The notes under the pieces: model-generated
Told to the model about the DNA's origin: nothing
What the model saw: the letters and a program-made list of their open reading frames with translations, nothing else
Database searches by the model: none
Part shown: positions 1 through 21,601 of the stretch, in pieces
Position numbering within the stretch: the stretch's first letter is position 1
How the letters are laid out: every line of letters starts with the position of its first letter
Assembly: GCF_006345805.1 (NCBI RefSeq)
Contig: NW_021823641.1
Coordinates: 1 to 21,601 of the forward strand
Length of the DNA: 21,601 nucleotides
Direction: 5' to 3'
Origin: Octopus sinensis
Lineage: Eukaryota
Program-made: the position numbers and the translations under genes

Positions 1-75
1 TATATATATATATATATATAGTATATATATGCATACATATATACATGTATATATACATATATATAATATATATAT

Positions 76-107
<32 letters not shown>

Positions 108-289
108 ATATATATATATAGGTATACATGAATGTGTGTATATATTCGTGTTCTGAGTACGTGCTGTTTGTTAGATTTTTTACTGAATATAAAACTGAAT
201 GTTTGAACATGTATTCCAGCATTTCTTTACATTACTCTGCAATAAACTAATAACGTTTATGTGCGTGTTACTCATTACTGTATGCATAT

Positions 290-320
<31 letters not shown>

Positions 321-542
321 TATATATATATAGGTATAACATGAATATGTGTATATACATACATATATTTACATATATATGTATATATATATATACATAT
401 CATATACACGTATATATATACATATACATGTATATAAATATAAATATATATATATACATATAATGTATATAAATATAACTATATATATAGACATATACAT
501 TATATTATATATATAATATTATATATTATATATTATTATATA

Positions 543-574
<32 letters not shown>

Positions 575-1022
575 GTATTATATATATAATATACATTATA
601 TATATATATAATATATATATATATATACATATTATATATATATATATTATGTATATATAATATATATATACATATATATATATATATGTACGTATATATA
701 TATATATATACATATGTATGCGTGTGTGTTATGTGCTCCCGAGCGTATGAATTTTGAATGTTTACATACATGTTCATGTGTATGTCTACATGTGAATATG
801 TATGTGTGTGTGTATATACACGTACTCTTAAGAATGCATGCGTATATGCGCATTATATATATACATATGTATATATAAATCTGAAAGTATGCGTTACGTT
901 GAAAGACACATACATAGTTATACACAAGCATATATACAAGCGTGCATAATAGACACACATACTTTTATAAGTATTTACTAATTCGAGCACACACACAAAC
1001 ACACACACACACACACACACAT

Positions 1023-1057
<35 letters not shown>

Positions 1058-1370
1058 CACACTTATAGAAGAAATATATAAGAAATAATCCGAATCGGTA
1101 TATACATGTGTATATATATATATCCATACTCAGATACGTGTGTGTGTGTATATACATGCATACTTGAATACTTCTATGTGTATACTTGCGTTCTTATATG
1201 TATATTTATAAGTATACATATATGTATATATATGCATACATACATATATATTTGTATGTATGTATATATATATATATATATGCATACTCTCTTTTTCTTT
1301 ATATATATATATATATATATATATAAACATTTATATACACGTGTACATACATATATATTTGTATATTGTT
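1..1370. repeat. Compound (TA)n/(TACA)n/(CA)n low-complexity region
   Basis: Direct reading; (CA)n block at about 987-1062. Confidence 0.95.
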
Positions 1371-1770
1371 GAATATTATTTTATACATTCTACTAAATCA
1401 TACAAGTTTTTCATTCGAAAACAAATATTTCCATTTCATAACAATAACAACAACAACAACTAATAACAACACAATACAGCTATTCACTTTTATATTCTTT
1501 GTTGTTGTTGTTGTTGTTGTTTTCGTTGTTTACGCTAATGACGATTTTTACATTTTTGGACGATGTTGTTGTTAAGAGTTCAGGCTTTTTATTTTACAAT
1601 TCTTAAACAAAATACAAGAGAATTATGTAAATAATAACAATAATAATAACAATAATAATAATAAAAAATCATACCCAGAAATTCTAAAACTACAATTGAA
1701 TTAGACGTAACATCCATAACATTTTGTTATGTATATTATAATATTCTTCTTTATTTTTTCCCCCTTCCAG

Positions 1771-1821
1771 CTCATGCACTCAATCAAGCAAATCCGACGC
1801 CGCAGTAACACCATTTTTTAA
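1771..1821 (+). CDS. Probable terminal exon of a plus-strand gene lying mostly left of the window; product unknown
   Basis: Very strong acceptor ttcttctttattttttcccccttccag. Phase 0 reads LMHSIKQIRRRSNTIF*; phase 1 reads xHALNQANPTPQ* (stop at 1808). Followed by T-rich UTR-like sequence with AATAAA near 1977-1989. Confidence 0.4.
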   Translation, partial: LMHSIKQIRRRSNTIF

Positions 1822-2107
1822 AACCTTCTCTTATCCTTCAAAATGGCGTCGATTAGAAAAAAAAAAGTTTTTGCGATCGGTTTTTGCATTTGGCGTGGCG
1901 TCCATTTTGTTTTTCTTCATGAAATTTTTTTCTCTCTTCTTTCCTTTACATATATATATTTTTTTTGATAAAAATTAATAAAAAATAAACCTTTATTCTC
2001 CTTCCCATTTATTCATTTATTCTTACTTGTGTTTGTTTGGTCTAGATTGATTTCGTTTCGTTCGATTGTGTTCTGTATAGGGAAGAGCTGAGCATGATTA
2101 TGACAGC

Positions 2108-3086
<979 letters not shown>

Positions 3087-3104
3087 GAATTAGGATTTCT
3101 AACA

Positions 3105-3235
3105 TAGTTACAAAGGCCACAGTTTTTGGGTGGGAGAAGGAAGCAATCGATTACATCAATGTTAAATAGTACTTATCTAGTATTTCATTTATTGATCACT
3201 GAATGGTGAAACGCAAAATCGAACTTTGGGGAAAT
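3105..3235 (-). mobile_element. Degenerate SINE fragment related to the 3616-4217 family
   Basis: tcgattacatcaa...tagtatttcattttattgatc...caaaatcgaactttggggaaat aligns by eye to the trimer unit. Confidence 0.5.
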
Positions 3236-3615
3236 CATTACGAAAATAAAAAGAAAATATCCATGTAGAAAAATACGAAATCTCACAATTCAAATACGAC
3301 GCTCTGGGAAACAACTGCACTACGATGCCGGGCCGTCGGGACACATGTTTCTACTTTGACCAAGATCTGTTTGAAAGGCCCTTCGCCACTAATTATTAAA
3401 TTCCCAAACGGCTTAATTTTAATTTTTCATTAATTAGTAGAGAACATAAAATGGGTAATTGGGTTTTTGCTTTTTTTTTTTTAAAAAAAAAGTGCTTTGC
3501 GTGCATTTTTGTGCGAAACTTTTGCATAATATGCCAGGAGTGTTCCAATTTCACACTACGTGGAAAGTGTTCCGATTACACGCTGCGTAGAACTGATATG
3601 CCCAGATCATTTTCT

Positions 3616-4217
3616 TATTTCTTTATTGCCCACAAGGGGCTAAACATAGAGGGGACAAACAAGGACAGACAAACGGATTAAGTCGATTATATCAACCCCA
3701 GTGCGTAACTGGTACTTATTTAATCGACCCCGAAAAGTCGACCTCGGCGGAATTTGAACTCAGAACGTAACGGCAGACGAAATACCTATTTCTTTACTAC
3801 CCACAAGGGGCTAAACACAGAGAGGACAAACAAAGACAGACAAACACTACTTATCTAATCGATTAAGTCGATTACATCGACCCCAGTGCGTAACTGGTAC
3901 TTATTTAATCGATCCCGAAAGGATGAAAGTCAAAGTCGACCTCGGCGGAATTTGAACACAGAACGTAACGGCAGACGAAATACCAATTTCTTTACTACCC
4001 ACATGGGGCTAAATACAGAGAGGACAAACAAGGACAGACAAGCGGATTAAGTCGATTTTATCGACCCCAGTGCGTAACTGGTGTCTAATTTATCGACCCC
4101 GAAAGGATGAAAAGCAAAGTCGACCTCGGCGGAGTTTGAGCTCAGAACGTAGCGGCAGACGAAATACCGCCAGGCATTTCGCCCGGTGCGCTAGCATTTC
4201 TGCCAGTTCGCCGCCTT
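3616..4217 (-). mobile_element. tRNA-derived SINE (Deu/Nin-type central domain), head-to-tail trimer
   Basis: Units at 3616-3786, 3787-3984 and 3985-4217. Minus-strand head AGGCGGCGAACTGGCAGAA, B-box-like GAGTTCAAATTCC, core TTTCATCCTTTCGGGGTCGAT..AAGTACCAG. Flanked by 21-bp direct repeats at 3595-3615 and 4219-4239. Family name recalled, not searched. Confidence 0.85.
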
Positions 4218-4272
4218 CGATATCCCCAGATCATTTTCTGGCATGTTTATTCTTTGAAATAGTTCTTTATCC

Positions 4273-4876
4273 TTTAAACTGTCCATATCTGGCCCGAATA
4301 TCCAACCAGTTTTGTGCTCAAACCAGCCAGAAACAGCCCCTCACATCTATTTTGCGATATTCTAAAAATAAATAACCGCATCATCTAAACCTCGAAGTTG
4401 TACGATAATGTGTGGACCATTCAAAACAATGTGAATACATACGCATTACATTTGGAAGAGTATAGCTAAACAGCTGGCGTGACGCTAAAGAGCTCCACCA
4501 GCAATATCCAGCTCAAATGTTCTTGTTTTATATTGAAACTGACCTGATTTGGCCTCTCTCCTACCCTACAACGAAATTTCTAAGCTACAAGAAAATGAAT
4601 GATTAATTCAAAATATTGTGAATAAATAAGCTATGCATTTGACAAGAGTAATCTGAATGCTAAGGGGTTAAACCAGCAATATCTGGCCCAAATATTCTGC
4701 CTGTTTTATATTCAAACCAGTCAGACACAGCCTCGCACACCTTCCCTATCCTGTCATTCTAAAAGTGATCACATCATCAACGGCTCGAAGCTACAAGATA
4801 ATGCATAATTAATAGCAGAGAATGCGAGTAAATAAGCATTACATTTGACAGAGTAATCTGGATGCTAAAGAGCTAA
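4273..4876. mobile_element. Three tandem degenerate copies of an approx. 200-bp TTAA-ended (piggyBac-like) MITE, family A
   Basis: Shared blocks atatctggcccaaatattc, gaagctacaagataatg and gcattacatttgacagagtaatctg(a/g)atgctaa(a/g)gggttaa. Copies at about 4273-4473, 4497-4671 and 4668-4876. Confidence 0.7.
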
Positions 4877-5291
4877 GCATGTTGACTGATTGTTCTGTCG
4901 ATGCTGTCGTCTGCCATTGTAGGCGTTGGCGGGTGGGTGAAGGGAATACCTAGAGTGATGCATAAAGATTTGGAACATTGTTTCACAACTTGATGTTGTA
5001 CATTTTGTTGAGTTAATCAACGGATTTAATATGTAGTTACTCAAAATTGTTATTGTGTAGTTTCGTTTCTATGTCAATTTAATTCGATCGAATGGTCTTT
5101 GACTCGTATATACTGGCATTGTAAATTTCGGCAAATGACATGGTTTTAGGGCCAAAAGAGATTTTTCCAGTACAGACAGGTATTACTAGGAAAAAACGAT
5201 AAAATACAGCTTCAAATCTGAAATCAATAATCCTCAATAACAGAATCAAACAGGGACATAAAACCTAATGTCTGAAATAATTATTTCTGAT

Positions 5292-5631
5292 TTACAAGGA
5301 CATTGGTTTCGAGGGGAGGGGCCTTTGTCGAGCGCATAGACATTAGTACTTGACTGGTACTTTATTTCATCGATTCCGAAAGAATAAAAAGGTAAAGATG
5401 GCCTCTGTCGGATTTGATCTCTGAATGTAAAGAATTTGAAAAAATGTTTAACGATTCTGCCAGCTTTCTGCCCTCAAGTGTCCGAAATAATTTTATGCAC
5501 GCGTGTCAATAACGAGTTTGTCCGCATCCTTTCTACTAAAGACACAAGGCCTGAAAGTTTGGAGCAGGAAGGGACTAGTCGACTACATCAACCCCAGTAT
5601 TTCACTGGTACTTAGTTTATCAACCCCGAAA
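5292..5631 (-). mobile_element. Two degenerate SINE copies (same core as 3616-4217)
   Basis: gactggtactttatttcatcgattccgaaagaataaaa...aacgattctgccagc (5292-5475) and cacaaggcctgaaa...gtcgactacatcaaccccagtatttcactggtac...aaccccgaaa (5528-5631). Confidence 0.65.
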
Positions 5632-5812
5632 CAATCTGCTGTTTCAGTTTGGACCGAAGCAAACGATATTATGGACACTTTGGATATTTCCCTAAAAGGT
5701 AACTGTTTCAGTATAACTTTCTGTTGATTTGTGTTCCTTTAATTTAAGGCACTGCATACACATTTTGAGAAAAAAACAGGGACAAATGAATTTTCATAAA
5801 GTAACAGTCTCT

Positions 5813-5947
5813 AGTTGCGACGGACCGGCGTCCCGTCTAGGTGGGGAACCTATACCCCAATGAAACCGGGAGACCGGCCCTTATGAGCCAGGCATGGCTC
5901 AAGAAGGAACAAACAACAATAACAACAACAACAGCAGCAACAACAAT
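5813..5947 (+). mobile_element. SINE 3' fragment with (CAA)n tail
   Basis: gcgacggaccggcgtcccgtctagg core, with a related reverse-oriented copy at about 10055-10082; ends in caa repeats. Confidence 0.5.
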
Positions 5948-5952
5948 AGTCT

Positions 5953-6850
5953 CTTGCACTCCGTTGTATCCTTGTATGCCTTACTGGTAAGTCGTCATAT
6001 CCTTAAGCTCTGCAATTTTCCTAGAGGGAAGAGGAAATTATTTTTTATCAAATGACATTTCTTTTTTACTCCCTTGTATTTGATTGTCATATTGGCATCA
6101 TCGCCTCTGTATCTTTAACCCTTGCAATCTTCCAAAAGAATACAGTTTCTATTCAGTTTACTTTATCAAGCTTGCAATCTCAGAAGCTGTTTTTGCTCAA
6201 CAGTCTTCAAAAGACAGAAATCTCTCAAGGATCTTAAATTCTCACAATCTAATCTTTGAAGTCAACGTATGAAAAATGGCGTCTTTTCGACATTTGTGGA
6301 ATCAGGTGTGGCATTAACCATTATAGAACAGTATTTTGCTTTCGATCTTTCAGAAAATGTCTTTTGAAACGAGATCAGAGCAAAAGAAAAATAAATTCAT
6401 TTTGATTCAAGCGAGAAATAATACGCTTGCAAAGTTTTGTTTTCTTTCTTCTTGATTTTCTTTGAGCTTCCTGACATGAGTTCCATGTACTGAATTCCAA
6501 ATGAAACAAGAATTGCAACAAGCTCAAGAAACTTACCATATGTGAACCTTGCCAAACAGATGAAAGATCCCAGGAAATGCTAATCACCATTCAACCCGCT
6601 ACCATCAATAACAACGTCAGTTTGACGGTGTAAGCCATTAGTTCAGTTTGTCGCCATTTTTTTTTTGGACAAAATGTTCCATGGGTCTGTTTGTTTAAAA
6701 TCTCTTTTCAACTTCTCTGTACGACACATTATTCAATCTTTGCTGGTTACAAACGTTCATGTTGAAGAACTCATTCATGATTTTCCCTTTTTTTTTTCTA
6801 TGACATATCCATTTTCTGCTGCCAAAGCGGATGCATTAATTCTTATTTTC
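5953..6850 (-). pseudogene. Decayed hAT-superfamily (ZMYM1-like) transposase
   Basis: Minus-strand fragments occur in the canonical order across stops and frameshifts: VLQHER, REVEKRF, GKFLELVAIL, NQNEFIFLL, KAKYCSIMVNATPDSTNVEKTPFFIR (cf. AKYFSIMxDxTPDxSHxEQ), LEDCKG*...DANMTIKYKGVK (cf. DCRGQGYDNAANMxGKYKGV). Confidence 0.8.
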
Positions 6851-7036
6851 CTAAAGACTTGATGTGGTAACCGAAATATGGTTTGCTCGGATTGAATCTC
6901 ATCCTACAGTCTAAAAGAATAAGGTCATACCGGAAAAGGTATTCATCGATATAAATAAGGTTAGATGGTCATGGCTGGAAGGCAAAGGATTACAAGTATG
7001 TCCGATCACTATCGACTGGCCTAAACTAAAATATCA

Positions 7037-7269
7037 ATAGCATTTGAACAACCCAAATATTTTTCCTGTTTTATATTAAAACATACCACATCTAACATCT
7101 CACACTTACCCTACAATGCCATTCTAAAAGTAAAACAATCACAACGTCAAAACCTCGAAAGCATGAGATAATACATGATTAATTCAAAACAATGTGGATA
7201 GATAAGTGTTAAATTAGACAGAGTAATCTGAATGCTAAAGGGTCAAACCAGCCATGTAAGGTCCAAATA
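7037..7269. mobile_element. Further copy of MITE family A plus the start of another
   Basis: Same blocks as 4273-4876, ending gacagagtaatctgaatgctaaagggtcaa at 7246, then accagccatgtaaggtccaaata. Confidence 0.7.
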
Positions 7270-7271
7270 TA

Positions 7272-7481
7272 CAGGGTGTCTCAGAAGTCGCGCACCACCC
7301 TGGTTTTTTAAAAGAATACACCCTTATTGACTTCAAAAACACCTTTATTGAAAGTAATCGTAACAAATGCTCAAATTGAGCACCCTCTACAATAAAACAT
7401 GCAGAAAAAATAAAATAAAATAAAATGGTTTAATTATTTTATATGAAAAGCGGAATGGTGCGCGACTTCTGCGACACACTG
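7272..7481. mobile_element. 210-bp Tc1/mariner-type MITE
   Basis: 26-bp TIRs CAGGGTGTCTCAGAAGTCGCGCACCA / CAGTGTGTCGCAGAAGTCGCGCACCA (2 mismatches); TA on both flanks. Confidence 0.88.
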
Positions 7482-7497
7482 TATATATATATATATA

Positions 7498-7804
7498 TCA
7501 CCGTGATCACCGTGACCGACCAGGCTATCAGATGTTGCTACACATCGCTGGTCACAATGCGCTTCGCATTGTTTTAGCCACCAAGTGACGCCACCCTGCT
7601 GACTAAGCGCGGAGGCCAACAAAAGAAAGAGTGAGAGAAAGTTTTTGCGAAAGAGTACAGCAGGGATCGCCCCCCCCCTGCCGGAGACTCGTGGAGCTTT
7701 AGGTGTTTTCGCTCGATAAACACTCACAACGCCTTGCCTGGGAATAGAAACCGCGATCCTACAACCGCGAGTCCACTGCCCCGACCACTGGGCCATTGCG
7801 CCTC

Positions 7805-7805
<1 letters not shown>
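7498..7805 (-). mobile_element. Apparently full-length tRNA-derived SINE (second family)
   Basis: Head GGAGGCGCAATGGCCCAGTGG (A box) ... GGTTTCTATTCC (B-box-like). GC-rich body ending in GGTCACGGTGATCACGGTGA plus (TA)n. Confidence 0.8.
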
Positions 7806-7839
<34 letters not shown>

Positions 7840-8141
7840 GTATATATCATATATATCTAAGCTATATACATATATACACATATATGTGTACAGACCTGTG
7901 TGTGTGTGTACCCTGTGAACACTCCTCCCTAGAATGTCTCTCACATGTCTGTTTCGATTCTAAGTATTTCAATGTATTTCGAATAACATTTCTTGACACC
8001 AAATTGAAAACTTCGTTTCCCATTAACGCTAGCTTTAACTTGCCAGTCCGATTTGTCACAGTCAAAATAAACCATTAGCACAACAAGACACTACACACTT
8101 CCATTGTGAATTTCTATTAAAAAAAAATCATTTGTTTATCC

Positions 8142-8173
8142 CTACATTTCTACAGGACTTCTTTGGTACGAAT
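8142..8173 (-). CDS. Candidate terminal coding exon of ZP-like gene ((D)SYQRSPVEM*)
   Basis: Nearest phase-1-compatible acceptor (pyrimidine tract, ctaat branch-like motif, ...caatatag) after a 133-nt intron. Gives a 203-aa protein. Alternatives at 5079-5185 and 4873-4949 fit equally well on phase. Confidence 0.3.
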
Positions 8174-8306
8174 CTATATTGTGTACAAATTAGAAAGAGA
8201 GAACACCAGATATAACAAAACAAAAACACGTTAGTATAATATTGAGAAACACATCAGATTTTGATTAGACAAAAAGCCACTGGCTTGTCTCAGTGCGTCT
8301 GCGTAC

Positions 8307-21243
<12,937 letters not shown>

Positions 21244-21601
21244 TTCAATTTAGTTTCTACCAATAAATATCCCCACATCCGGTGGCACATGCAAAAGACT
21301 CTTTCTACTTCCGGTGATACCTAAAATGTATACAACGTATTTTATGAAACTCATTGAATTCGTTTGAATTAAACAATTTCTGGTCTTCAACTTTTCTAAC
21401 ACATACATACATTAGGAGCAAAAATGCATATCTAGACCTAGAACTAAATGCATGAGTATGCATGTATAAAACAAAGGATACAGATCTGCACATGCACTGA
21501 CTCCAAACACTGCATATTCACACTCGTGTGCAAAACAAAAGAAAAAGAAAAAATACGAACGAATTTATCTGACCAAACAGTATATGTATTTTGCCCATAA
21601 T

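Noticed and set aside
3287-3389. Minus-strand GEGPFKQILVKVETCVPT... as the missing ZP-C exon
   Set aside because: The acceptors are weak and give phase 2 or 0, not the phase 1 required after 8307.
3539-3592. 27-bp imperfect tandem duplication next to the SINE TSD
   Set aside because: Only two diverged copies; an ordinary local duplication with no further structure.
7740-7805. tRNA-like sequence
   Set aside because: It has A and B boxes but no acceptor stem that I can form, and it continues into a SINE body, so it is a SINE head.

Overview
AT-rich, microsatellite-dense eukaryotic genomic DNA. Composition and repeat types suggest an octopod cephalopod (inference from recalled repeat families, not a search). 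Almost all ORFs in the supplied track are simple-repeat artefacts. The real coding signal is a spliced minus-strand gene that the track does not show as a unit. Five GT-AG exons (21243-21199, 19480-19444, 14589-14414, 9429-9269, 8467-8307) join with consistent phases (0,1,0,2,1) into 193 codons: a signal peptide, a four-cysteine ZP-N-like domain and the start of a ZP-C-like domain. The rest of ZP-C cannot be found, and the candidate next exons all stop quickly. A probable last exon of a convergent plus-strand gene starts at 1771. The remainder is mobile DNA: a SINE trimer inside one 21-bp target-site duplication (TSD), other tRNA-derived SINEs, hAT, Tc1/mariner and piggyBac-like MITEs (some nested), decayed hAT transposase and non-LTR fragments, a decayed minimal hammerhead-like motif, a long fold-back and a young 20-bp minisatellite. 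I see no evidence for a wholly new multi-gene system. The best leads are the apparently truncated ZP protein with an overlapping uORF, the multimeric SINE insertion and the hammerhead/fold-back remnants.
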